NCBI GenBank assembly: GCA_965223505.1
Contig: CBDCWP010000034.1
Location: 190,810 to 254,809 of the forward strand
Reading direction: 5' to 3'
Origin: Planctomycetota bacterium
GTDB lineage: Bacteria; Planctomycetota; PLA2; JAEUHO01
Length of the DNA: 64,000 nt
Shown: positions 53,905 through 64,000 of the stretch, piece by piece
Numbering within the stretch: the stretch's first letter is position 1
Layout: every line of letters starts with the position of its first letter
Notes under the pieces: generated by a model
The model's database searches: none
Seen by the model: the letters and a program-made list of their open reading frames with translations, nothing else
What the model was told of the DNA's origin: nothing
Position numbers and translations under genes: made by a program

Positions 53905-55161
53905 ATGAACCCCCTCAACCCGATCTCGAGCAGCCTTCGCCGCGCAGCGGTCGTCGTGGTCCTCACGATAGGACTGCTCCTTCCCACAACCGCCGGCGCC
54001 GGTGAAACGGAAGGCGAAGAGACCGTATCGAAGGACTTCTTCGAGGCGTCTCTCGACGGTCTGATCATCGGGACGCCGGGCGTGTGGGACGAGATCACCG
54101 TGTTCCCGATCGTCGCGCCCAAGGCGCCGGCACCGCTGGCGATCGATGCCGGCTCCGCCGCGGCGGGACTGCGAATCAAGGATCGCACGACACGCCGGCA
54201 CGAGTACGACCTCGTCCTTCGCAATGAAGGCGACCGCGCCGTCCTCTTGCTCGGGGGAAGCGTGATCACGGGCGGCAAGATGGAGCGCGTCGTGCCCTCG
54301 GACGTTCTTCTTCCCGCCAAGTCCGGGGACGTCGATCTCGACACGCTCGCTGCAAGCGCGTCGTGGGAGCTCCTGCCCGAAGCGAAGCGCAAGCCCCAGC
54401 GCCTGGCCGACGTCATGGCGCCGAAGTACTTGCGGGAGCTGATCGAGGACCGTCGAACGAACCGCAGCGTCCGTCGATTCCTGGAGAACTTCGACGGCCT
54501 GCGAACCGGCGACGAGGCACCGACGCTGAGCGGTACGGCCGACGCGGATCCGTTGAAGGAGTTCTGCATCGCCTGCCAGGGCGACGTCGCCAACTTCCCG
54601 CGGCTGAACCGCCCGACCACCATCGGGTTCATCACGGCGGTGGGGGATCGCCTACAGACGCTCGAGCTGTTCGGTTCGAACGACCTGCTCCGGCAGTCCT
54701 TCCGTCCGATCCTCGCCGCCCACGCGTTCCGCGTCGCAGCCGAAGCGGTCCGTCGCGGCGAGCTGGAAGAGGAACTGCCGAAGGTGGACGCTGTGAAACG
54801 TCTCGAGTCCCTGCGCACCGACGCGGAGTGGTTGTTGGGCGCGCTTCGCGATCGTGGCTACACGCGAGATGACGAGGTCGAGAGCGACTCGGCGGGCGAG
54901 GCACTCGACATCTGGATTCGCGGCGCGCGCGGCCGGGCCATCGGAATCGACGGCCGTCTCGTGCACGCAACGGTATTCCGCCACGACCCCTTCGAGCGCG
55001 CGCTCTTCGACGATCCCCTGCAGTTCGATCAGGAGACCCGCGCGAAGAACGTCGGAACAGAAGAGCTGAAGCGTCGAGGTGACCGCGGCACCTTGACAGA
55101 GTACGAGCGCCGGCTGCTCGAGCGTCGCAGCGCACGCGATCCGCTCGGGGCGCCGCGCTAG
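53905..55161 (+). CDS. Exported ARPP-1/DUF6569-like domain protein
   Basis: Signal peptide; ITVFPI, L.N.GDRAVLLLGG..I.GGK.ERVV..DVLLP, LELFGS..L. Confidence 0.7.
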   Translation: MNPLNPISSSLRRAAVVVVLTIGLLLPTTAGAGETEGEETVSKDFFEASLDGLIIGTPGVWDEITVFPIVAPKAPAPLAIDAGSAAAGLRIKDRTTRRHEYDLVLRNEGDRAVLLLGGSVITGGKMERVVPSDVLLPAKSGDVDLDTLAASASWELLPEAKRKPQRLADVMAPKYLRELIEDRRTNRSVRRFLENFDGLRTGDEAPTLSGTADADPLKEFCIACQGDVANFPRLNRPTTIGFITAVGDRLQTLELFGSNDLLRQSFRPILAAHAFRVAAEAVRRGELEEELPKVDAVKRLESLRTDAEWLLGALRDRGYTRDDEVESDSAGEALDIWIRGARGRAIGIDGRLVHATVFRHDPFERALFDDPLQFDQETRAKNVGTEELKRRGDRGTLTEYERRLLERRSARDPLGAPR

Positions 55162-55206
55162 GCCCGGCTTCGACACGCGATACCCGGCCGGAGCAGGAGC
55201 CTCGCG

Positions 55207-55581
55207 ATGGTGAACGTCTATCTGTGGCTGAACGCAGCGATGTATCTGCTGCTGGGTGTCTGGTGCACCGTCCTGCCGGAGCGCACGTCCGCGGCCATCG
55301 GTTTCGGCTTCGAAAAGCCGGGCGCGCGCTCCGAGTACATCACCGTCTACGGTGGGTTGGAGGTCGGGCTCGGCGTGTTCTTCGCTCTCGCGGCGCTCAA
55401 TGCGTCATGGCGCGAGGCCGGCTTGTTGCTCGCCCTGTGTCTCTACGCCGGCCTCGCGTTGTGGCGAGCGTACACGTTTCTCACCATCTCCGGCGTGACG
55501 GGTTTCCCGCGTATCGCATTCGCCCTCGAGTCCGGATTGTTCATCGCCGCGCTGATCCTCTGGCTGCGCCGGCCCGTCTAG
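55207..55581 (+). CDS. DUF4345-like membrane protein
   Basis: 4 TM; SEY..VYGGLE.GLG. Confidence 0.75.
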   Translation: MVNVYLWLNAAMYLLLGVWCTVLPERTSAAIGFGFEKPGARSEYITVYGGLEVGLGVFFALAALNASWREAGLLLALCLYAGLALWRAYTFLTISGVTGFPRIAFALESGLFIAALILWLRRPV

Positions 55582-55859
55582 GAGTTTCCCGTGATCTACT
55601 TCATCCGTCCGGCCACCGCGCCCCGGCGCCGTTCCGACAGCGTCGTCCGCACGTCCTCCCGCGCGCGCAGCAGCCGAGACGTCCGCGGCGCGCCGATGAA
55701 AGGAACGAGGCGGCTGGACCGACTTCGCTCTCCTCGCCTCCCTACGCCGACGCGGAGCAGCTGAAGCGTCGCGGCGAGCGGCACTGCGAGGAACATCTGG
55801 CAGAATGCCAGGCGCGCGCACCATTCGCGTCGCAACTCGAACACATGCGAGGACCCCCC

Positions 55860-56222
55860 ATGCGAGCCCTACTCTTCGTCATCGCCGGCCTGCTCATCGC
55901 GCTGGGGGTCGGTCTGTACTTCGGATCGGGCCGTGAGAGCGTCACGGCACTGATTCCCGCCTTCGTCGGTGCGGCGTTCGCGATCTGTGCCCTGGTGGCA
56001 ACCACCCCGAATCGGCGCAAGCACGCGATGCACGTCGCGGCCCTGCTCGCACTGATCGGGATCGGCGGGAGTGCAACCGGCATCCCGGCGGCGATCCGTC
56101 ACCTGCAAGGCGAAGTGATCGAACGCCCGGAGGCGGCCTGGGGCCGGTCCGCCATGGCGATTCTGTGTCTCGTGTTCCTGGTGTTCGCGATCCGCTCGTT
56201 CGTACGCGCCCGGCGCAGCTAG
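55860..56222 (+). CDS. Small membrane protein
   Basis: S.TALIPAF.G, RKHAMHVAA, SFVRARR. Confidence 0.75.
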   Translation: MRALLFVIAGLLIALGVGLYFGSGRESVTALIPAFVGAAFAICALVATTPNRRKHAMHVAALLALIGIGGSATGIPAAIRHLQGEVIERPEAAWGRSAMAILCLVFLVFAIRSFVRARRS

Positions 56223-56657
56223 CGGCGTCCCGCATTTGCGTGTCGCGGTGCGTCTACTTGGAGGCAGGTTCCACTTCGCAAACGACACGGAAGGCTCGAC
56301 AGCCTGCCAGTTCGGGTCGACACGAAGACGAATACCGACGGCGCCATTTCAGACGACCCCGTGGACAACGGCTACTCCTACACCGTAATGACGGACGGTA
56401 CGTTGTCCGTGACCCCGTCGGACCGGCGAGGCGCTTCGGGGCGCTGTGTCCGCCGACGGCCGGTTCGGATTCGCATCCGGCGGCGACATGACCGGGGACG
56501 ACGTCTGGTTCATTCTTCTCTGCCGCTGACAGAAAACCGATGACACCGCCCACGCCTGCCGGACGTGACCAGGCATCAGGAAGGTCGAGGTCGGCTGGCC
56601 ACGCGAGCGCGCCGACGGATAGACTGGCGCCGACATGCGCGCCCTCGTCACCACGTC

Positions 56658-57915
56658 ATGGCCGGCCGGGTGAGCCTTCGACGCTGGCCTCTCCTCGTCT
56701 TGCCCGGCATCCTCGTGGCGGCGACGGGGCGTCGGGGCAGGCGACCTCGCGACCGCGGGCTTCGCGGGTTCCAAGCTGGGTGTCGGCGTCTTCTGGGCCG
56801 TCGTCTTCGGCGCCGTCCTGAAGTGGACGCTCAACGAAGGGCTCGCCCGCTGGCAGATGGCCACCGGAACCGACGTTGCTCGAGGGCTGGATCCGGCGGC
56901 TCCGACTGCAGTGGGTCTTCCTCTCTCTATCTCATCGGATGGTCGTTCTTCGTCGGGGGCGCGCTCATCAGCGCCACGGGCGTGGCAGGTAGCGCGCTGG
57001 TCACACTCCACCAGGACCCAGACGTATCCAAGCAGATCTGGGGCATCGTGCACTCCCTCGGCGCCGTCGGACTCGTGTTGTGGGGCGGCTACAAGCTCTT
57101 CGAGAAGCTGATGGCCGTCTGCATCGGCCTCATGTTCGTCACGGTGCTCTACTGTGCCGTTCGCATCGCTCCTTCCGTCGACTGGGGCTCGACGCGCGTC
57201 ATCGCGCCCTGGGAGTTGAGCGCGGAGGGCCGCGGCTGGGTCCTCGGCCTGATCGGAGGCGTGGGCGGCACGCTCACGCTGCTCTCGTACGGCTACTGGA
57301 TTCGAGAGCGCCGGCGAACCGGAGCTGCGGGCGTGAAGCTCTGTCGAATCGACCTGACCGTCGGGTACGTGATGACGGCGTTCTTTCGGCGTCGCGATGC
57401 TGCTGATCGCATCGACCGTTCCGACCTTGGAGGGCAAGGGCGCTCGTCTGGTCGAGCTGCTCGGTGACCGCCTCGGCGATGCGATCGGACCCGAAGTCCG
57501 CTGGGTTTTCCTGGTCGGCGCATGGGGCGCGATCTTCTCGAGCATGCTGAGCGTGTGGCAGAGCGTGCCGTACATGTTCGCCGACTTCCTCAGTGAGGCG
57601 CGGTGGATCGAGCCCGAGAAGCGCGACGCGTACGACCACGCGGGCTCCAAGCCGTACAAGGCGTTTCTTCTCTACCTGGCGATTCCACCATTGGTCACGC
57701 TCTGGTGGAAGTTCCAGACGATCCAGCTGCTCTACGCCGTGCTGGGCGCGCTGTTCATGCCCTTGCTCGCCGCGACGCTATTGATCCTCAACAACCATCG
57801 CCGCTGGATGCCGGAACAGTTCAGGAGCGGCGTCATCGTGAACACCTTCCTCGCGCTCACGCTCGCGTTCTTTCTCTGGCAGGGCTATCTGACCGTCGTC
57901 GCCAAGCTCGAATGA
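56658..57915 (+). pseudogene. Nramp-like divalent metal transporter with ~4 frameshifts
   Basis: PGILVAATG/VGAGDLAT, LKW.LNEGLARWQMATG, GGVGGTLTLLSYGYW, WGAIFSS spread across frames. Confidence 0.8.
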
Positions 57916-58002
57916 CGCGGAGGTCTCGAAGAAGGCGCCTCGATTCGATCGAGAGCGCCTGCTCCGCGACGGCCGCTTCTTGTATCCTGCGCGGAAGCGC
58001 AC

Positions 58003-59796
58003 ATGGAGACGACGCTACTCGTACTAATCCTGACGGCTGCAATCGTCCTTTACGTCACCCGTTGGCTGTCGATCGCGGTCACTTCGCTCCTGATCCCGCC
58101 GGCGCTCTACTTCACCGGCATTCTCGGTGTCGAGCAGGCCCTCTCCGGCTTCTCGAACCCCGCCACGGTCACGATCGCGAGTCTCTTCGTGATCTCGGCG
58201 GGGCTCACGCGAACCGGAACGCTCGACGCACTGACGGAGCTGTTGCGAAAGAGCGCGAAGGGAAGTGCCACGCGCGTGCTGCTGATCATGGCGGCCACGG
58301 TGCCCGTGATCAGCGCGCTGATGAACAACATCCCGGTCGTCGCGATGCTCGTTCCGGTGGTGCTCGTCCTCTGTCGCGAGCTCGATGTGAAGCCGTCGAA
58401 GCTGATGATCCCGCTCAGCTTCTTCGCCATTCTCGGAGGCACGTGCACGCTGATCGGGACGGGCACGAACGTGATCGTTCACGACTTCTTCAAGGCGTGG
58501 CAGGTCGCGAACGGAGAACAAGCGACCGGTCTGGGAATGTTCGAGTTCACGTCGATGGGGTTGGTCCTCCTGGCCGGCGGCGTGCTCTTCCTCCTGACGT
58601 ACGGCCGCCGGATCCTGCCGGAGCGCACTTCGTTGTCCGCGATGATCCCGCGGGAGCGGACGGCGCAGTTCGTGACGGAGATCGTCGTCAAGCCGGGCTC
58701 CCGCCTGCCGGGCATGCCCCTCGACCGCGTCCTTCCCGGGTCGGGAAGCGTACGGCTGCTGGAGCTGATCCGTGACGAGCAGGTGCTCATGAAGGCCGAC
58801 CTCAAGGATCTGGTGCTCGAAGTCGATGACGTCTTGATCATCTGTGCCACGTCGAAGCAGATCACCGAGTTCCTCCGCTCGACAAAGGCGTCGCTCGCGC
58901 CCGTTCTCGAGGACGATCAGCTCGTGCCGATGCGAACGGTAGAGCTGATGCTCGCCGAAGCCGTGGTGCTCCCGGCGTCGCCCTTCGTCGGCCAGCGTGT
59001 GGCCGACCTGCGCCTGAACAAGCTCTACCGCGTCAAGGTCCTGGCGCTGCAACGCGGCGGACGCCACCATCGCAAGGACATCAAGAACGTCCGGTTGCAG
59101 GAGGGGGATGTCCTGTTGCTCCAAGCCTCGGCACAGGGCTTCGACGCGCTGCGACAAACCGAGGCGGTGCTTCTGGCCGAAGGCCTCGAGGGTCTGATCC
59201 GCCATCGGGAGCGCGCCCCGATCGCGGTTGCGATCATGCTCGGGGTGATCGTCTTGGCGGCGTTCACGCCTCTGCCCATCGTGGTGCTTTCCGTTGCCGG
59301 CGCAGGACTGATGGTGGCAACCCGATGCCTACGAGCGAATGAGGCGTTCCGATCTCTAGACGCCTCCGTTCTCCTGCTGATCGCGGGAACGATTCCGCTC
59401 GGCGTCGCGATGGACACCACGCATCTGGCACGTGACATCGTGACGACCCTCGTTGAAGTCATCGGTGACGACCGGCCGTGGCTCGTCTTGAGCGCCCTCT
59501 ATCTGCTCACGAGCACCGTCACGAACTTCCTCTCGAACAAGGCGACCGCGGTGCTGCTGGTGCCCTTCGCCCTGCAGCTCGCCGAGCAGATGGGGGTCGA
59601 TCCACGTCCGTTCATGATGGCGATCTGCTTCGCGGCGAGCGCGAGCTTCGCGACGCCCATCGGCTATCCGACGAATCTGATCGTGATGGGGCCGGGGGGC
59701 TACCACTTCGCGGACTTCATCAAGATCGGCGTCCTCATGAACGTGCTGATGTGGCTCCTCGCAACGGCCCTCTTGCCGATCCTGTACCCGTTCTAG
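58003..59796 (+). CDS. SLC13 family permease with TrkA-C domains
   Basis: SGFSNPA, MNN.P.V, GGTCTLIGT.TN, ASASFATPIGYPTN. Confidence 0.93.
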   Translation: METTLLVLILTAAIVLYVTRWLSIAVTSLLIPPALYFTGILGVEQALSGFSNPATVTIASLFVISAGLTRTGTLDALTELLRKSAKGSATRVLLIMAATVPVISALMNNIPVVAMLVPVVLVLCRELDVKPSKLMIPLSFFAILGGTCTLIGTGTNVIVHDFFKAWQVANGEQATGLGMFEFTSMGLVLLAGGVLFLLTYGRRILPERTSLSAMIPRERTAQFVTEIVVKPGSRLPGMPLDRVLPGSGSVRLLELIRDEQVLMKADLKDLVLEVDDVLIICATSKQITEFLRSTKASLAPVLEDDQLVPMRTVELMLAEAVVLPASPFVGQRVADLRLNKLYRVKVLALQRGGRHHRKDIKNVRLQEGDVLLLQASAQGFDALRQTEAVLLAEGLEGLIRHRERAPIAVAIMLGVIVLAAFTPLPIVVLSVAGAGLMVATRCLRANEAFRSLDASVLLLIAGTIPLGVAMDTTHLARDIVTTLVEVIGDDRPWLVLSALYLLTSTVTNFLSNKATAVLLVPFALQLAEQMGVDPRPFMMAICFAASASFATPIGYPTNLIVMGPGGYHFADFIKIGVLMNVLMWLLATALLPILYPF

Positions 59797-59937
59797 CCGG
59801 CCGAGGGCCCCGTCGATGCACGGCGCAGGTCGAAGCGGCGGACCCGATGGGCGATTCCCGCGCCCGTTGCGAGGACCGTGCGAGCGCGGCGCGAGAGCCG
59901 CGGGCTCTACCGATCCTGATGTACCATTTGAGCGTTC

Positions 59938-60966
59938 ATGACGGAGATCCTCCTCGTCGCCGGCCTCACCCTGTTGGCGTCCTTTCTCTGTTCCTTGTTC
60001 GAGGCCGCACTCTATTCGCTAACACCTGCGCAGATCGAGGTGTTGCGCGCGCGCGGCGACCCCAACGCGGAGCGCCTCGATCAACTTCGCACCCAGGTCG
60101 AGGAGCCGATCGCGGCGATTCTGACCATCAACACGATCGCTCACACGATCGGCGCTGCCGTTTGCGGCGCCCTGGTCGGCGCCCGCTACGGGAGCGCGGC
60201 CGTCGGGATGTTCGCCGCGGCCTTCACCGTGCTCGTGCTCGCCTTGACCGAGATCGTCCCGAAGAGCCTGGGTGTGCGCTACGCCGAAGCACTCGGGCCG
60301 CGCATCGCCTTGCCGTTGCGGCTGATGATCGTCCTCGTTTGGCCGATCGTCTGGGTCGTCAAGCGAGCGTCGCGCCGCGTCGCCGGCGGACCTGCGGTCG
60401 TAGGGCCGAGCGAAGAGGAGGTGCTGGCGGTCTCACGTCTCGCCGCTCGTAGCGGCAGGGTGCGGCATGAGGAGCACAAGTGGGTTCGGAACGCGTTGCG
60501 CCTCGACGCCGTCACCGCGAGGGAGCTGCATACGCCGCGGCCCGTGGTCGAGACGATCGCGGCGGATACCCCGGTTTCCGAGATCCTCGATCGACCCCAC
60601 CGATGGATCCACAGCCGCCTGCCCGTGACCGAGCAGCCCGACAACAAGGACAACGTGATCGGCTGCCTGTATCGCCGGGAGGCGATCGACGCAGCCCTCA
60701 ATGATCCGGACGGGACGACCACGGCACGCGACCTGATGCGTCCGCTCTACTTCATCCCGGCCTCGATGCCTGCGCACCGGCTGCTTCAGCAGTTCCTCGA
60801 GCAGCGAGAGCACATCGCGGGCATCCTCAACCAGTACGGCTTGTTCGAGGGTGTCGTCACGCTGGAGGACGTGCTCGAGTGCTTGCTGGGCGCGGAGATC
60901 GTCGACGAGCACGACCAGGCCGCGGATCTGCGCGAAGTGGCTCGTCGCCGCCGGCGGGACGATTGA
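59938..60966 (+). CDS. CNNM (DUF21)-CBS domain protein
   Basis: SFLCSLFEAA, ILTINTIAHT.GA, TEIVPK, GVVTLEDVLE.LLG.EIVDE. Confidence 0.92.
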   Translation: MTEILLVAGLTLLASFLCSLFEAALYSLTPAQIEVLRARGDPNAERLDQLRTQVEEPIAAILTINTIAHTIGAAVCGALVGARYGSAAVGMFAAAFTVLVLALTEIVPKSLGVRYAEALGPRIALPLRLMIVLVWPIVWVVKRASRRVAGGPAVVGPSEEEVLAVSRLAARSGRVRHEEHKWVRNALRLDAVTARELHTPRPVVETIAADTPVSEILDRPHRWIHSRLPVTEQPDNKDNVIGCLYRREAIDAALNDPDGTTTARDLMRPLYFIPASMPAHRLLQQFLEQREHIAGILNQYGLFEGVVTLEDVLECLLGAEIVDEHDQAADLREVARRRRRDD

Positions 60967-61050
60967 ACTAGCGAGGCGGCACGAGGCCGGGCGGGGCGAC
61001 GACGAGTGCGGCGAGCGGTCCCGCCTTCGAGTAGGGGGCCGCGGTAGGCG

Positions 61051-61602
61051 TCAATAGCTTCCTTCGCTCGAAAGCACGCCGACGGCGACCACGACGTAGA
61101 TCAAGCCGAGGATGACGAAGACCGTCGCGATGATCCCGCAGATCATGCCGGCCTGCGTCGAACCGCGTCCGGAGGGGTCCATGATTCCCGCACGCATTTC
61201 ACGCAAGTCCGCCGCTCCCATCACCCATGCGATGATGCCGCAGATCCCGCAAACCACGAGTCCGAGGATGCCGAGCACCAGCACCGTGTTTCCCCGGTGC
61301 TCCTTGTATCGACGCCTGCGACCGTCGCGTCGTCCGCCGGTCCGGGAGCTCGAGACCGGTGCCGGGGGGCGTGGCGCGGAGGGAGGACCCTGGCCTGCCA
61401 GCGGCGCGACGGTCGACGCCGGAGAAGCGGCTGCGGGCGGGAACAGCTCCGGGCACTGGGATCCAGGGCGCCACTCTCCGCCCTCGAGCGAGAACATCAT
61501 GTCGTCGCGAACCTTGCCCTCGGCGATCAGCTCCAGCAGGCGCCGCTGCGTGAACGGTCCCTGTACGTTCTGTCCGACCGCCCCCGCTCCCCGAAGACGC
61601 AC
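61051..61602 (-). CDS. GYF_2 plus DUF4190 membrane protein (start uncertain)
   Basis: GQ.VQGPF...L..L, HRG..VLVLGILGL, AG.ICGII. Confidence 0.65.
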   Translation of the reverse strand: MRLRGAGAVGQNVQGPFTQRRLLELIAEGKVRDDMMFSLEGGEWRPGSQCPELFPPAAASPASTVAPLAGQGPPSAPRPPAPVSSSRTGGRRDGRRRRYKEHRGNTVLVLGILGLVVCGICGIIAWVMGAADLREMRAGIMDPSGRGSTQAGMICGIIATVFVILGLIYVVVAVGVLSSEGSY

Positions 61603-61722
61603 AGGGGCAGAGACCCTAGTACGGAGTGCGGGCGTGCGAAAGCCCGAGATGACCTGGACCTCGCGCCGAGGGAGGCGATCGTCACCGGCGCGGGGCAGGC
61701 ACGCGTAGCGCTCGAGAGTGGC

Positions 61723-61767
61723 TTGACACTGGCAGCGCGGTCCACTATACATAACCATATGGTTATG
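61723..61767 (+). promoter_or_regulatory. Promoter and palindromic ArsR operator
   Basis: TTGACA 61723-61728; perfect palindrome CATAACCATATGGTTATG 61750-61767 over the start codon. Confidence 0.75.
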
Positions 61768-62130
61768 AATAAGAGCCGCCTCGATCTCGTCTTCTCCGCG
61801 CTGTCGGACCCGACGCGCCGTGGAATGCTCGAGCGGCTCGCGCAGGGCGAGACCAACGTCAGCACGCTCGCCGCGCCCCATGACATGTCGCAGCCCGCCG
61901 TGTCGAAGCACCTGCGCGTGCTCGAGCGGGCGGGGCTGATCCAGCGCACCCGACAGGGACGCGAGCACCGCATCCGCGTCGATCCGCGGCCCATCGACGA
62001 GGCCAGTACGTGGATCGGGCGCTACGCGAGGTTCTGGAGACGGCAATTCGACGCCGTGGACGCCTATCTGAAGGCGCGCGCGGCGGAGGCACGAACGACC
62101 AGAAATCAACAGGAGCGAAAGAAGCGATGA
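61759..62130 (+). CDS. ArsR/SmtB family regulator
   Basis: VFSALSDPTRR, SQPAVSKHLRVLERAGLI. Confidence 0.92.
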   Translation: MVMNKSRLDLVFSALSDPTRRGMLERLAQGETNVSTLAAPHDMSQPAVSKHLRVLERAGLIQRTRQGREHRIRVDPRPIDEASTWIGRYARFWRRQFDAVDAYLKARAAEARTTRNQQERKKR

Positions 62131-62603
62131 GCACGGAACTGAAGTTCGAGGACGGCAAGCTGATCGTTACGCGCGTGTACGACGCGCCGCGCGAGGATGT
62201 GTTCGAGGCGTGGTGCGAGACCAGCAAGGTGCAGCAGTGGTGGGGGTGCGCCGAGTGCACGTCGGTTCGTTCGGAGGTCGAGCGCAGGGTCGGTGGTCAG
62301 TACAACCACCACATGACGATCGAGGGCGTCGGTGAGGTGCCCGGTTTTGCGACACTCACGGAGTACGATCCGCCCGCCCGGTTGGCCTACGAGTCCGCCG
62401 CGCCGGACGGTAGCGCCGGCGGGATGATCGTCTCCGTGGACTTCACGGAAGTGGAAGGCGGCACGCTCGTACGGCTCGTGCACGCCGGCATTCCGGACAT
62501 GCGCGTCGAAGGCGACATGGAGCTTCGCGAGATCGTCCGCGCCGGTTGGACGGCCGCGTTCGGAAAGCTCGCAACGTTCCTGGGAGCTGCGTCCCGAAGC
62601 TGA
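62127..62603 (+). CDS. SRPBCC (AHSA1-like) domain protein
   Basis: RVYDAPREDVFEAW, DPP.RL.Y, GT.V.L.H, GW. Confidence 0.9.
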   Translation: MSTELKFEDGKLIVTRVYDAPREDVFEAWCETSKVQQWWGCAECTSVRSEVERRVGGQYNHHMTIEGVGEVPGFATLTEYDPPARLAYESAAPDGSAGGMIVSVDFTEVEGGTLVRLVHAGIPDMRVEGDMELREIVRAGWTAAFGKLATFLGAASRS

Positions 62604-62644
62604 GGGAACCCGCGGCTCCGGTACACTAGAAGGGTAGGCCCCTG

Positions 62645-62974
62645 ATGGAGAACGTCATGGCTGCGAGCGACCCGACCGAACCGATTCGTCTCAAGGCGAG
62701 CCAGTATCCCGACGTCGCCAAGGGTACGGCTTGCACGCAGAGCTCCTTCAAGACGGGCAAGAAGGCGTTCTTGTTCGTCGGGGAGCAGGGCGGTCGCTAC
62801 AAGGCCATGTTCAAGCTCAAGACGTCCCTTCCGGAGGCGACGAGGCTCGCAGAAAAGGACCCGGATCGCTTCCAGGTCGGGTCGTGGGTCACCGCCCGAT
62901 TCACGGCGGAAGAGCCCATGCCGAAGAAGCTCTGGACGAAGTGGCTGGACGAGAGCTACGAGTTGAGCCGTTGA
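62645..62974 (+). CDS. MmcQ/YjbR-like protein
   Basis: SFK.GKK.FLF, WVT..F, WLDESYEL. Confidence 0.7.
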   Translation: MENVMAASDPTEPIRLKASQYPDVAKGTACTQSSFKTGKKAFLFVGEQGGRYKAMFKLKTSLPEATRLAEKDPDRFQVGSWVTARFTAEEPMPKKLWTKWLDESYELSR

Positions 62975-63048
62975 CGTAGAGTCTGTATCTGGCACAGCCT
63001 GCCGGGCTACGATGCTGCCGTGCCGAGTGACGCAGCACGGTGGCCTTC

Positions 63049-63774
63049 ATGTACAGCCTGTCGACGTTCAAGATGACCCAGATGATCGACGCCGGCCAAG
63101 CGCTCCGCGTGATCGGTGACGGTGCGGCGAGCATGGAGGGAGTGGCTCAGCGGATCGTGCGCTTCCTGCACGACAACCTTCGCGGGTCCGAAACCGAGGA
63201 GCGCGAGTGCGTCCTGGTTCGGTTCTACAAGACACACACGTTTTGCGAGCTCGAGCCCGATCTGCAGGAGTTTGCGGTCGGCATCCTCGACGACGGCTCA
63301 CTGCGGCCGGAGATGAAGTGCTTGACCCTGCTGGCGAGTGTCGGCGAGAACGAGCGCTGGGGTGACCGCAGGAACTCGGCGGGCCACAAGGCCATTCCTC
63401 TTCCGAGCGAGCTCTTCGTCGACAACTTCCCGATGATCTCGCAGCTCATCAAGCAGTTCGGCTTCGACGTGGATGCGGTCGTGTCGCCGGACCCGCGGTT
63501 CCTTCTCGACGTAGAGCAGAAGACCTACAACGTGTTCTACGTCCCCGAAGCGCTCGGAAGCCCCTACGTGCCTGCGCAGGAGAACTTCGTCATTCCGTAC
63601 TCGGTGAAGTCCGCTCTCGGGTTCGGCGGCATGCTGCCGACCGGGGACCTCTTCGCCGTGATCCTGTTCACCCGTGTGCCCGTCAGCCAGGAGACCGCGG
63701 AGTTGTTCAAGACGCTGTCGCTCAACGTCAAGCTCGCGATCTTGCCGTTTGCGAGGGGGCCCGTCTTTGTCTGA
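63049..63774 (+). CDS. Conserved hypothetical protein, probable sensor-kinase partner
   Basis: LVRFYKTH, CLTLLA..G, S.GH.AIPL, PMI.QL, SP.VPAQ..FV.PY...S.LGFGG.LP.GDLF. Confidence 0.75.
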   Translation: MYSLSTFKMTQMIDAGQALRVIGDGAASMEGVAQRIVRFLHDNLRGSETEERECVLVRFYKTHTFCELEPDLQEFAVGILDDGSLRPEMKCLTLLASVGENERWGDRRNSAGHKAIPLPSELFVDNFPMISQLIKQFGFDVDAVVSPDPRFLLDVEQKTYNVFYVPEALGSPYVPAQENFVIPYSVKSALGFGGMLPTGDLFAVILFTRVPVSQETAELFKTLSLNVKLAILPFARGPVFV

Positions 63775-64000
63775 GCGCGACGCAAGAGACGAGCTTTCGT
63801 CGCCTGTCGAGAACGCCTACACCCAAGAGCTCGAACGCCTGCGTTCCGAGTGCTCCGCCCTACAACAGCTCCTGGAGGTGCACGAGCAAACCGCACTCGA
63901 ACAGACGCGGAGACTCGAACAGTCCCTGGCCCAGCTGCGCACCCAGGCCAGCGAGCTCGAGGACCGCGAAAGCCGGCTGCAGGCGCTGTTCGAAGCGGCG
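63767..64000 (+). CDS. Partial CDS: coiled coil leading into a probable PAS domain (signal-transduction protein)
   Basis: SD GAGG, TTG start overlapping the upstream stop; LQQLLEVHE..., ESRLQALFEAA at the window edge. Confidence 0.55.
   Translation, partial: MSERDARDELSSPVENAYTQELERLRSECSALQQLLEVHEQTALEQTRRLEQSLAQLRTQASELEDRESRLQALFEAA

Overview
High-GC bacterial chromosome segment; 16S signatures and gene style point to an uncultured Planctomycetota/PVC lineage (inference). 1-25 kb is mostly housekeeping: rqcH-like NFACT, ndk, hslVU, aspS, thrS-infC(ATT start)-rpmI-rplT-pheST, 6S RNA, L,D-transpeptidase and nnrE, plus GTAG-REP clusters and an unusual signal peptide-PAAR-CFI-box-CTERM protein. 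25.7-31.6 kb is a linked 16S-23S-5S operon with no spacer tRNA; the 23S carries a group I intron at E. coli position 1931 encoding a LAGLIDADG homing endonuclease. 31.7-48.7 kb is an accessory hotspot of TIR, immunity-like and VOC genes, an IS256-disrupted multicopper oxidase and IS110/IS256 remnants, punctuated by a recurring intergenic motif (GATAC[C/G]GAG...TTCT[G/A]TTCGA[T/C]ATTC) at gene boundaries. 47-64 kb holds a di-heme cytochrome c, exported proteins including a candidate selenoprotein with an N-terminal Gly-Cys-Sec-Gly motif, a frameshifted Nramp-like gene, SLC13 and CNNM transporters, an ArsR-SRPBCC operon and the start of a probable PAS sensor. All family calls come from motif recognition by eye, not database searches.
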